Part shown: piece after piece, positions 7,895-15,245 of the stretch
Position numbering within the stretch: position 1 is the first letter of the stretch
Layout of the letters: each line of letters starts with the position of its first letter
Source of the DNA: a virus
Direction: 5' to 3' (one strand)
Length of the DNA: 58,704 nucleotides
IMG/VR virus record: IMGVR_UViG_3300035494_000106
Coordinates: 1 to 58,704 of that record
The notes under the pieces: generated by a model
The model's database searches: none
What the model saw: only the letters and a program-made list of their open reading frames with translations
Told to the model about the DNA's origin: nothing
Translations under genes and position numbers: made by a program

Positions 7895-8199
7895 TGGCCA
7901 GCGAGCGGAAGAAGCGGGCCAAGCAAATGGCCCGCCTCGGCTGGGTGTGGGAGCCGAGCTGGAACAGCTGGGTATTCTTCGACCTGTGGTCCAACCCGGC
8001 AGCGTACATCCAGTATCGGGCGGGACAGAAAGACTGGCAGCTTGGCGAGGTGTTGCACCCTGACGGGGTTCCTGAGTGGGGCGAGGCGTTCGGCAGTCCC
8101 CTGGCCGCAGCTGTATTCGCTGAAGTGCAGCTCGCCGACAGGCTGGCCGCCGTGCGGAAGGAGATTGAGGGCTGCAACAGGGAGCGCATTGGACTATGA
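7894..8199 (+). CDS. Small paralogue-family protein (101 aa)
   Basis: TGATG coupling. LGWVWEPS ... EAFGSPLAAAVFAEVQ. Confidence 0.7.
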   Translation: MASERKKRAKQMARLGWVWEPSWNSWVFFDLWSNPAAYIQYRAGQKDWQLGEVLHPDGVPEWGEAFGSPLAAAVFAEVQLADRLAAVRKEIEGCNRERIGL

Positions 8200-8570
8200 A
8201 CGCCCAAAAAACACCGACCCAACTTCGCCGTGAGCACGAAGCCCGCACCGGAATGCGGGCGAACATGAGAACGTTCGGGTTCGAGGCGGTCAAGTACCGC
8301 CTCACTGGTGAGCCGACACGGTTCCGTGAGCAGACGGCGCGGGGCGAAGGAGGGTTCTTCATCCAGCGCACAATAGACAACATGTGGCGCATCGGCTGGC
8401 AGTCCGGCCGGCCGGTAGTCGGGGTCAAGGGAGGGCAGTGGTACCCCGAGCGCCCAGTCGAGTCACCATTATTTCCCGGGCCAGTAGCCGCAGCGCTGTG
8501 GTTCGAGGTGGAGAAATCAAATGGAACGATCCGTTTTAGACAGAGCCAAGACGCAGCTCGTACTCAATGA
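8196..8570 (+). CDS. Small paralogue-family protein (124 aa)
   Basis: ATGA coupling. ...GGQWYPERPVESPLFPGPVAAALWFEVE. The tail overlaps the VWA gene start by 50 nt. Confidence 0.65.
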   Translation: MNAQKTPTQLRREHEARTGMRANMRTFGFEAVKYRLTGEPTRFREQTARGEGGFFIQRTIDNMWRIGWQSGRPVVGVKGGQWYPERPVESPLFPGPVAAALWFEVEKSNGTIRFRQSQDAARTQ

Positions 8571-9723
8571 GCCGTTCTACGCCACGATTCTACTCAAGCT
8601 GGAACTGGTTGAGTGTGAGTCGGTGCCGGGGCTCGGCCCGCTGTGGCTGGCTGCCACCGACGGGCAGCACCTGTTCGTCAACCCGAAGAACTTCGAGCAG
8701 CTGTCCGTGGCCAAGGCCAAGGGCGTGCTCAAGCACGAGGTGATGCACGTCGCCCAGCTCCACCCGTTCCGCGGGCAGGGCAAGGAGCAGGTGCGCTGGA
8801 ACAAGGCGACCGACGACGTGATCAACCCGATGATCATCGACGAGGGCGGCGAACTACCTGACGGCGTGCGCTCCGGTGTGCGCGGCATGTCAGCCGAGGA
8901 GCGTTACAAAGACCTGCCGCCTGAGCCGCCGGGACAGGGAGGTGGCGGCTCTGGTCCGCACGACCCGCTGGGGCACGACGTCCTGCCGGCGCCGGACAAG
9001 AGCCAGGCTGCGGTGGACAAGACCAAGGCGATGATCGCCCAGGCTGCGTCGGTAGCGAAGGCACGCGGCAAGCTGCCCGAGTCGCTGCGCTCGGAGATCG
9101 ACAAGGTGCTCAAGCCCCGCGTCGACTGGAAGGAGCAGCTGCGCCAGTGGCTGACCGAGGCGTCGCAGGCGGACTACTCGTTCCGCCGACCGAACCGTCG
9201 CTTCATCACCGGCGACGATCCGATCTACCTGCCGTCGATGATGGGTGACAACCAGGCGATGGACACGCTGGTCGTGGTGCTGGATACCTCTGGCTCCATC
9301 ACGATGGCTGAGCTGTCGCAGGGGCTGGGCGAAATCTGCGGCGCCGTGGCTGACGTGTCTCCGAAGCGGTTGGTGGTAGCCTACTGCGACGCAAAGGTGC
9401 AGCACCACGACGTGTTCGACCAGCCGCAGGGTGCAGAGGTAGCCAAGTCGTTCGAGCACCACGACGTGTTCGACCAGCCGCAGGGTGCAGAGGTAGCCAA
9501 GTCGTTCGAGCGCCACGGCGCGGGCGGCACGAACATGGTGGCGGCCCTCAAGTGGGTCAACCGCAACTACCCGACGGCCAAGGGGGTGATCGTCTGGACC
9601 GACGGCGAGACTCCGTTCGGCAACGAGGAGGACTACGAGTACCCCGTGCTGTGGGCGATTACCTCCCCTCGTATCGAAGCGGACTGGGGGACAACGCTGC
9701 ACGTTGTCGTCGGCGATGACTAA
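8521..9723 (+). CDS. Metallopeptidase-like (HExxH) + von Willebrand A domain protein (DUF2201-type partner of MoxR)
   Basis: HEVMH zinc motif, MIDAS-like VVVLDTSGS and GGTN. Contains the 54-bp duplication. Confidence 0.9.
   Translation: MERSVLDRAKTQLVLNEPFYATILLKLELVECESVPGLGPLWLAATDGQHLFVNPKNFEQLSVAKAKGVLKHEVMHVAQLHPFRGQGKEQVRWNKATDDVINPMIIDEGGELPDGVRSGVRGMSAEERYKDLPPEPPGQGGGGSGPHDPLGHDVLPAPDKSQAAVDKTKAMIAQAASVAKARGKLPESLRSEIDKVLKPRVDWKEQLRQWLTEASQADYSFRRPNRRFITGDDPIYLPSMMGDNQAMDTLVVVLDTSGSITMAELSQGLGEICGAVADVSPKRLVVAYCDAKVQHHDVFDQPQGAEVAKSFEHHDVFDQPQGAEVAKSFERHGAGGTNMVAALKWVNRNYPTAKGVIVWTDGETPFGNEEDYEYPVLWAITSPRIEADWGTTLHVVVGDD
9403..9510 (+). repeat. Perfect 54-bp tandem duplication (x2), in frame within the VWA gene
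   Basis: 9403-9456 = 9457-9510. Encodes HHDVFDQPQGAEVAKSFE twice. Confidence 0.95.
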
Positions 9724-10006
9724 GTGGCAGCCGCTGCACTCGGCGTTCCCAGGTGATACGGCGCAGGTGCTCAAGTACCTGCTGCCGAACACGCTGGTGA
9801 ACGCCACGGCGGTTGCGAACGCGCCAACCCACGACGATCCGCTGGGTACAAAGCCGAAGCTGACGGCGGCATACAGGCCGAGCTTGTCCGGGGCGCCGAG
9901 ACTGCAGTTCAAGGTGTTCGACAGGCATACGCCAGAGCTCGAGCCCGAGGCGATGGAGGTGTACCTGTACGTCGAGTGGCCAGAGGTATTCAGGAGGGCG
10001 CCATGA
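9716..10006 (+). CDS. Hypothetical protein (96 aa)
   Basis: ATG 9716 overlaps the VWA stop. The ORF track offers a TTG start at 9704. Confidence 0.55.
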   Translation: MTKWQPLHSAFPGDTAQVLKYLLPNTLVNATAVANAPTHDDPLGTKPKLTAAYRPSLSGAPRLQFKVFDRHTPELEPEAMEVYLYVEWPEVFRRAP

Positions 10007-10269
10007 TCGCCGGCTGGGTGGCCCTCAAGGAAGGGTACTGCCGGGCCAAGCTGGAAGTCGGCGCCAATGGGCGGCCGCACATACCGAAGTTCGACCGGAT
10101 GCACGCGCCGCACGTCATGCCTGACAGCTGGGGTGGTGGATGGGTAGCCCTCGACGGTTCGCCGGAGGCCAGGCCATTCCCCAACCGACTGGTGGAGGGC
10201 GTGGTGTTTCCCACAGCAGAGGCTGCGATGGTCGCGGCCGAGGTAGAACTTGCCAATCGGCAACCATAG
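10003..10269 (+). CDS. Small paralogue-family protein (88 aa)
   Basis: AGGAGGG RBS and ATGA coupling. IAGWVALKEG ... VVFPTAEAAMVAAEVE. Confidence 0.7.
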   Translation: MIAGWVALKEGYCRAKLEVGANGRPHIPKFDRMHAPHVMPDSWGGGWVALDGSPEARPFPNRLVEGVVFPTAEAAMVAAEVELANRQP

Positions 10270-10277
10270 TGTAAACT
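10250..10277 (+). promoter_or_regulatory. sigma70-like promoter candidate, TTGCCA-N16-TAAACT
   Basis: -35 at 10250-10255 and -10 at 10272-10277, preceded by TG. Upstream of gene 10330. Confidence 0.5.
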
Positions 10278-10286
10278 CGGTATACA

Positions 10287-10303
10287 TTCCCTAAAGTAGG
10301 GAG
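10287..10303. promoter_or_regulatory. Palindromic box 9, TTCCCTAAAGTAGGGAG
   Basis: 27 nt upstream of ATG 10330. Begins about 10 nt after the -10-like TAAACT at 10272-10277. Confidence 0.7.
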
Positions 10304-10329
10304 TAGCCGCAACTTTTCAGGAGTAAGAC

Positions 10330-11202
10330 ATGAACGCATACGACACTTCGAACATCCATGCCCGTGTGATGTTGGTCAATCTGAACATCGCTCAGTGGTC
10401 GGCCCGCAAGATCGACAAGCGCGCCTCAGCCGAGGTGGCTGCGGCCAACAAGGCAGAGTCCCGCAACGGCGCGTACTACAAGTCATTAGTAGAAGGCGGC
10501 TCGCTCGAGAAGATCAAGCGCCTGGTCACCCAAGCCCGCGCCGAGCACTACCACCGCACTCTGCCATGGTCTGACGCCGGGCCCCGCGTGTTGGCGAACA
10601 CTGGCTACCTCGAGTACGCCCAGAAGATGGGCGAGTTCGGGCAGCAGTTCGACAGCCTGGTCGCTCAGTTCCTCAAGGAGTACCCGCTGATGAAGCAGGA
10701 GGCCAAGCGCCTGCTGGGCAACCTGTTCGACGAAGCGGACTACCCGGACCTGCAGCGTGTCGCCGACAAGTTCTCGTTCAAGACCAGTGTGACGCCGCTG
10801 CCGATCGGCGACGACTTCCGCTGCGACCTGGGCCAGGAAGAAGTCGACCGCATCCGCGCAGAGATCACGGCCACCACGACCAGCGCTGTGCAGCAGGCGG
10901 TGACCGAGGCGTACGAGCGGATCAGCAAGGTGGTCGACTCGTACATCGACCGGCTGGCCGGCGCCGAGACTGTGTTCCGCGACAGCCTGGTGGGCAACGC
11001 CCGCGATCTGGTGGATATCCTGCCGTCGCTGAACATCACGAACGATCCGAAGCTGGCCGAGCTGACCAGCCGACTGCAGAGCAAGCTGTGCGCCCACGAC
11101 CCGGACGCTCTGCGCAACAACCAAACCGTGCGCAAGGCCACCTATGAGGAGGCCGTGTCGATGCGCAAAGACCTGCTGGATTTCTTTGGGGGTGCGATGT
11201 GA
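10330..11202 (+). CDS. DUF3150-like protein (290 aa)
   Basis: Consensus leader caacttttcAGGAGtaagacATG. The family assignment is from memory of N-terminal LNI.QWSARK-type proteins that accompany MoxR/VWA pairs. Confidence 0.75.
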   Translation: MNAYDTSNIHARVMLVNLNIAQWSARKIDKRASAEVAAANKAESRNGAYYKSLVEGGSLEKIKRLVTQARAEHYHRTLPWSDAGPRVLANTGYLEYAQKMGEFGQQFDSLVAQFLKEYPLMKQEAKRLLGNLFDEADYPDLQRVADKFSFKTSVTPLPIGDDFRCDLGQEEVDRIRAEITATTTSAVQQAVTEAYERISKVVDSYIDRLAGAETVFRDSLVGNARDLVDILPSLNITNDPKLAELTSRLQSKLCAHDPDALRNNQTVRKATYEEAVSMRKDLLDFFGGAM

Positions 11203-11537
11203 GTCACCACGAATCGAACGACGAGCTCACCCGCCGGATGGTCCGGCTGGAGACCCGGGTCAGCAACGCACTGCGCTGCGTGGGGATTGTCCCCGGCGCC
11301 ACGCCGGCGGACGCCACGACTGGCCGGGCAATCTACGACGTGGAGGGCCCGCAAGGGCTCCCCGCGGTGTACGTCACCACGCCTGAGGTAACGATCGGGG
11401 AAGTCCTCGCTTGTGCAACACGTGGCGGCAACGGCAGCAGCACCGACGTGACAGTCGTGCTGTGCAACCAAGTGGTGGGCGTACTCCGCGTCCACGGAAA
11501 ACCCAGAGGGCATAAGCCATGCAAACAGAAAAACTGA
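11199..11537 (+). CDS. Hypothetical protein (112 aa)
   Basis: GTG start overlapping the stop (GTGA). Confidence 0.6.
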   Translation: MSHHESNDELTRRMVRLETRVSNALRCVGIVPGATPADATTGRAIYDVEGPQGLPAVYVTTPEVTIGEVLACATRGGNGSSTDVTVVLCNQVVGVLRVHGKPRGHKPCKQKN

Positions 11538-11890
11538 TCGCCACCGACGCACCGTCCAAAGAAGAACTGATGGCCGAGGCCAAGGCCGAAGCAACCAAGG
11601 CGCTTGAGAGCGGCGCGTCGTTCGTGCTGGTCACCGTGGCCCGGAACGAGTCAGGCTCCCAGATCGGCATGATCGCCGCCGTCGACCAGCGCGAGCTGTA
11701 CGAGGCAGCCGTGGCGCTGACCACTGCGGTGGGTGCCATCTCGATCGGCGACGCTGGCATGTCCGCCCTGCCCGCTGACGCAGCTCAGACCTTGGCCCTG
11801 ATCTCAGGCATCCGCTCGCTGCAGAGCTACGCCACCGACGCAGTCAATGCCGCTGCCTCGGTGCAGCCGACCACTGAATCCAAGCACTGA
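11519..11890 (+). CDS. Hypothetical protein (123 aa)
   Basis: ATG 11519 with an AGAGGG RBS. Confidence 0.7.
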   Translation: MQTEKLIATDAPSKEELMAEAKAEATKALESGASFVLVTVARNESGSQIGMIAAVDQRELYEAAVALTTAVGAISIGDAGMSALPADAAQTLALISGIRSLQSYATDAVNAAASVQPTTESKH

Positions 11891-11892
11891 CC

Positions 11893-12177
11893 GTGCGCCG
11901 GAGGCTCAGCAAACAGCACTGCCGGTGCACCTCGAAGACGAAGTGCGGCCGGCGGTTCAAGGGGTTCCCGGGCGTGACGCCTTGCCCTCACTGCGGAGCC
12001 GCCGGCAGGTTGGACAAGTGGGCGGACAAGAAGCCCTGGAAGAAACGCGACAGGCTCTGCTACTGCAGCGCCTATGAATGGGGCGCGTACGGGTCGCCGC
12101 ACCGTGAGGGGTACGGCGCCTGCTACTACGCACCGAGGAGGGACGATGACACCCAAGAAACCGATGCTGGCGTGTGA
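11893..12177 (+). CDS. Cys-rich putative zinc-ribbon protein (94 aa)
   Basis: CRC..KC and CPHC pairs, GC-rich third codon positions, GTG start. Overlaps the ligase start by 32 nt. Confidence 0.5.
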   Translation: MRRRLSKQHCRCTSKTKCGRRFKGFPGVTPCPHCGAAGRLDKWADKKPWKKRDRLCYCSAYEWGAYGSPHREGYGACYYAPRRDDDTQETDAGV

Positions 12178-13048
12178 CGCGCCGGCCGTTCTCAACTTCC
12201 CGCTGGTCGTCAGCCCTAAGCTGGACGGCATTCGCTGCACAGTCTGGCCAGGCGAGCCGATGACCCGGGCGCTCAAGCCAATCCCCAACAAGTTCGTGCG
12301 TGAGACACTGGCCACCGCCCGGCTGCCGGCTGTGTTCGACGGCGAGCTGGTGGTAGGTGAGGCGAACCACCCCGATGTGTACCGCCGCACTACTAGTGGG
12401 ATCATGTCGCACGAGGGCCAGCCCGACTTCACCTTCTGGGTGTTCGACTACGTGCCAGGGGTTACCAACGGACTTATCGAGAACACCTTCGAGGCCAGGT
12501 ATGCGCGGCTCACCAACCAGACCGGCGCGATCCAGGCAGTGCACCCCTGGTTTAAGGTGCTGCCTCAGACCGTGGTGCACAACCGCGACCAGCTGGATGG
12601 GTACGAGCAGCAGATGCTGGCCGAGGGGTTCGAGGGGATCATCGCCCGCAGCCTCGACGCCCCATACAAGCACGGTCGGTCGACCCCGAAGGAAGGCTAC
12701 CTGCTGAAGGTGAAGCGGTTCGTGGATACCGAGGTCGAGGTGGTCGGTGTCGAGGAGCTGATGCACAACGCCAACGAGGCGACGATCAACGAGTTGGGCC
12801 ACACCCAGCGCAGCAGCGCCATGGCAGGGCTCGTGCCGGCCGGCGTACTGGGTGCGCTGATCTGCCGCTGGGGCGCGCACACGTTCAAGGTCGGCACCGG
12901 GTTCACGGCTGAGCACCGGGCTGAGCTGTGGCAGAAGCGCGACGCGCTGATCGGCAGCCTGGCGAAGATCAAGTACTTCGAGCAGGGGATGAAAGACTTG
13001 CCTCGCCACCCGGTGTGGTTGGGGTTCCGCGACGGGAGGGACATGTGA
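12146..13048 (+). CDS. ATP-dependent DNA ligase
   Basis: Adenylation motif SPKLDGIR (KxDG), EGIIA and LLKVK motifs. GGAGGG RBS before ATG 12146. Confidence 0.9.
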   Translation: MTPKKPMLACDAPAVLNFPLVVSPKLDGIRCTVWPGEPMTRALKPIPNKFVRETLATARLPAVFDGELVVGEANHPDVYRRTTSGIMSHEGQPDFTFWVFDYVPGVTNGLIENTFEARYARLTNQTGAIQAVHPWFKVLPQTVVHNRDQLDGYEQQMLAEGFEGIIARSLDAPYKHGRSTPKEGYLLKVKRFVDTEVEVVGVEELMHNANEATINELGHTQRSSAMAGLVPAGVLGALICRWGAHTFKVGTGFTAEHRAELWQKRDALIGSLAKIKYFEQGMKDLPRHPVWLGFRDGRDM

Positions 13049-13395
13049 TGAACAAGCAAGAGCACGAAGCCCTGCGGCTGTGTGTCGAAGCGCTCGACCA
13101 GCTGCTGCCGTACCTGGCCAAGGTGCCGGCCGACGTCGGGCTGCTGAACGATGCGCTGGTGGCAGCACGGCCGCTACTCAAGCAGGAGCCAGCCCCGGCG
13201 CAGACCGCCCCGCAGGGCAAGTTCGCCATCGGCGACCGCGTGAAGAAGACCAGTGGCAGCGAGTGGGTCGGCCGCGTCTGCGGCACCTACTCCACACCCC
13301 TGACCCCGGAAGGCTACGCCGTGGAGAGCGAAGCGCACGCCGGCAGTGTGCAGATTTACCCGGACAAGGCGCTGGAAGCTGCGCCGGAGGAGTGA
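13048..13395 (+). CDS. dfrB: R67/DfrB-type (type II) dihydrofolate reductase homologue with a 58-aa N-terminal extension
   Basis: Residues 59-110, [52 protein letters not shown], match 36/52 positions of R67 DHFR as remembered, including GSVQIYP. Confidence 0.8.
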   Translation: MNKQEHEALRLCVEALDQLLPYLAKVPADVGLLNDALVAARPLLKQEPAPAQTAPQGKFAIGDRVKKTSGSEWVGRVCGTYSTPLTPEGYAVESEAHAGSVQIYPDKALEAAPEE

Positions 13396-13397
13396 CC

Positions 13398-13736
13398 ATG
13401 GCCTGCGTTGTGGTGTACCCGAACCCGATGAAGCCGAAGCCAGGGCGCCCGCTCTGGCACATGCTCAAGGGGCAGCTGGATGGCAAGCCGTGCCGCTGGT
13501 CAGTCACCGTCTGGTACGACGTACCCGAGCAGGCGCTCGGGTATGACGAGGTACTGGGCATCCACGAGAAGAACCCGCGCAAGCTGTCGCTACGAGTCGA
13601 CAAGCCAAGCTGGTTGCAGGACGTCATTCGGGAAGTGATCGACCCGGAGATGGCCGCCGAAGCCGAGCGCGTCCGCGCGATCGTGCCCGACGGCAAGATC
13701 ACCAACATCAAATGGCAAGCAGTTCAGGAGAGATAA
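13398..13736 (+). CDS. Hypothetical protein (112 aa)
   Basis: GGAGGAG RBS before ATG 13398. Confidence 0.7.
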   Translation: MACVVVYPNPMKPKPGRPLWHMLKGQLDGKPCRWSVTVWYDVPEQALGYDEVLGIHEKNPRKLSLRVDKPSWLQDVIREVIDPEMAAEAERVRAIVPDGKITNIKWQAVQER

Positions 13737-13737
13737 T

Positions 13738-14196
13738 GTGAACCAGAACGACGAGCAGGTGATGGTCGTACCGCGGGAGCTAGCAGCCCGCGCAGCGGGC
13801 AAGCTGAGCGACTTGGGACAAAGCCAAGTATCAGAACCTTTGTTTGAGATCATCAACGAGCAGGACGAGCTGCGTGGTACGCCCCGCCACCGGCGAGCTG
13901 GCTACGACGTCGACGTACCTGGCTACGAGAAGCTGCGCAACGTACTCGAGCGGGCGTACGACCAGGCAGCAGTAACCAAGGGCGCCGAGCGGCACGCCAA
14001 CGACAGACCGTTCCACGAGCAGCCGATGCAGACCATCGCCGACCGCCGTGGCATCGGCTTCATCCTCGGCCAGGTCGACAAGAAGACCGAGGAAGCGCAA
14101 GGCATGATCGACCGCGGCGAAAACGACAAGGCGGTCCACGAACTACTCGGTGCCATCGTGTACCTGGCTGGCGCCATCATCTTTCTGGAGAAGTGA
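13738..14196 (+). CDS. Possible MazG-like/all-alpha NTP pyrophosphohydrolase-family protein
   Basis: GTG start after AGGAG. KGAERHA...GQVDKKTEEA...ELLGAIVYLAGAIIFLE resembles phage NTP-PPase-like proteins, but the assignment is weak. Confidence 0.6.
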   Translation: MNQNDEQVMVVPRELAARAAGKLSDLGQSQVSEPLFEIINEQDELRGTPRHRRAGYDVDVPGYEKLRNVLERAYDQAAVTKGAERHANDRPFHEQPMQTIADRRGIGFILGQVDKKTEEAQGMIDRGENDKAVHELLGAIVYLAGAIIFLEK

Positions 14197-14197
14197 C

Positions 14198-14899
14198 ATG
14201 ACTCAAGATGTCAGCATCGACCTCGAAACCCTGGGCAAAAACCCGCAGGCGCTTATCCTTTCGATCGGCGCCGTGAAGTTCAACCGCCACACTGGCGTGA
14301 TCCTCGACGAGTTCTACCGTGTCATCGACATTGAGGCCGAGGGCGGCGGCGTCATTGACGCCAGCACCGTGGCCTGGTGGATGCGCCAGGAGGCAGCCGC
14401 GCGTGACGCTGTCTTCGGCGAGGAAGTAGATAAGGTGCCGCTGCTGCACGCACTGGTGGAGTTCAGCGAGTGGCTCGGCTACAACGAGGAGCTCGAGGAC
14501 GGCAAGTGGCCGGACGTGTACCTGTGGCAGCGCGGGGACAAGGATGCGCAGTGGCTGACCAGCGCCTACGAAGGCATGGGCCTGCGGGTTCCGTTCCCCT
14601 ACTGGGCGGTGGGCGACCAGCGCACCCTGTGCAACGCCATCCCTGCCACCTATCCTGGCCGTGCCGGCGTGCACCACAACGCGTTGGCGGACGCCATCTA
14701 CCAGGCGGGCTGCATCCACGCTGCGTTCGATCGGATCAAGCAGCTGGATACCCTGCGCGTCGAGCGTACTGAGGACGGCCTGCGCGTGCGCTGCGTGAAC
14801 GACGTTGGCACCGCCGCTGTGTACGTCGACCCGGTCGGACTGGCGCACGAGGTGTTCGCTGCTCAGGCCACGGCGCCGTCGGACAGCGAAACGGAGTGA
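14198..14899 (+). CDS. DnaQ-like 3'-5' exonuclease
   Basis: ExoI IDLETLG and ExoIII HHNALADA (H-x4-D). Confidence 0.85.
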   Translation: MTQDVSIDLETLGKNPQALILSIGAVKFNRHTGVILDEFYRVIDIEAEGGGVIDASTVAWWMRQEAAARDAVFGEEVDKVPLLHALVEFSEWLGYNEELEDGKWPDVYLWQRGDKDAQWLTSAYEGMGLRVPFPYWAVGDQRTLCNAIPATYPGRAGVHHNALADAIYQAGCIHAAFDRIKQLDTLRVERTEDGLRVRCVNDVGTAAVYVDPVGLAHEVFAAQATAPSDSETE

Positions 14900-14905
14900 C
14901 GTGTC

Positions 14906-14937
14906 GTGGGTGTGGTGTATACTCACACCACACCCAC
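14906..14937. promoter_or_regulatory. 13-bp perfect inverted repeat, gtgggtgtggtgt-atactc-acaccacacccac
   Basis: Intergenic between the exonuclease stop (14899) and the HTH gene start (14953). The loop plus flank reads TATACT, which is -10-like. Confidence 0.6.
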
Positions 14938-14952
14938 ATACCGAGAAGCAGC

Positions 14953-15204
14953 ATGATCAACTGGCGAGACGCCTACAACGCCCTGTCGAGGGCAGGCTAT
15001 AGCGACAGCCAGATCGCAGACCTGGCGCAGCTAAGCCGGTACGTTGTGAACCGCGTGCGCAACGGCAAGTACATTCACAACCACCTCGGGCCTGGCTACG
15101 AGGGTGGCATGGCAGTGCTCGGCGCTATCGACGCCGCGGTGGGCCAGGGTCTTTTGCCGGCAGACCCAATGAACAAAACGGCAGAAGGCGAGCCTGAGCA
15201 GTAG
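14953..15204 (+). CDS. Small HTH DNA-binding protein (83 aa)
   Basis: SDSQIADLAQLSRYVVNRVRNG. Preceded by the 13-bp inverted repeat. Confidence 0.7.
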   Translation: MINWRDAYNALSRAGYSDSQIADLAQLSRYVVNRVRNGKYIHNHLGPGYEGGMAVLGAIDAAVGQGLLPADPMNKTAEGEPEQ

Positions 15205-15245
15205 CGAGTTCACGGATAGGCCGTGGCCGCTACGGAGGCTATGCC

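Noticed and set aside
6707-10287. Minus-strand ORFs 6707-8428 (573 aa) and 8890-10287 (465 aa)
   Set aside because: They lie antisense to the MoxR and VWA genes, which have clear catalytic motifs. They are Arg/Pro/Ala-rich shadow frames with no RBS context.
123-10303. Palindromic boxes as T7/T3-type single-subunit RNAP promoters (CCCTAAAGTAGGGAG recalls T3 CCCTCACTAAAGGGAGA)
   Set aside because: No single-subunit RNAP gene (DxSxSGxQH, Rx3Kx7YG and HD motifs) is present in any ORF. The boxes are symmetric, unlike T7-class promoters. The resemblance is kept only as a remark.
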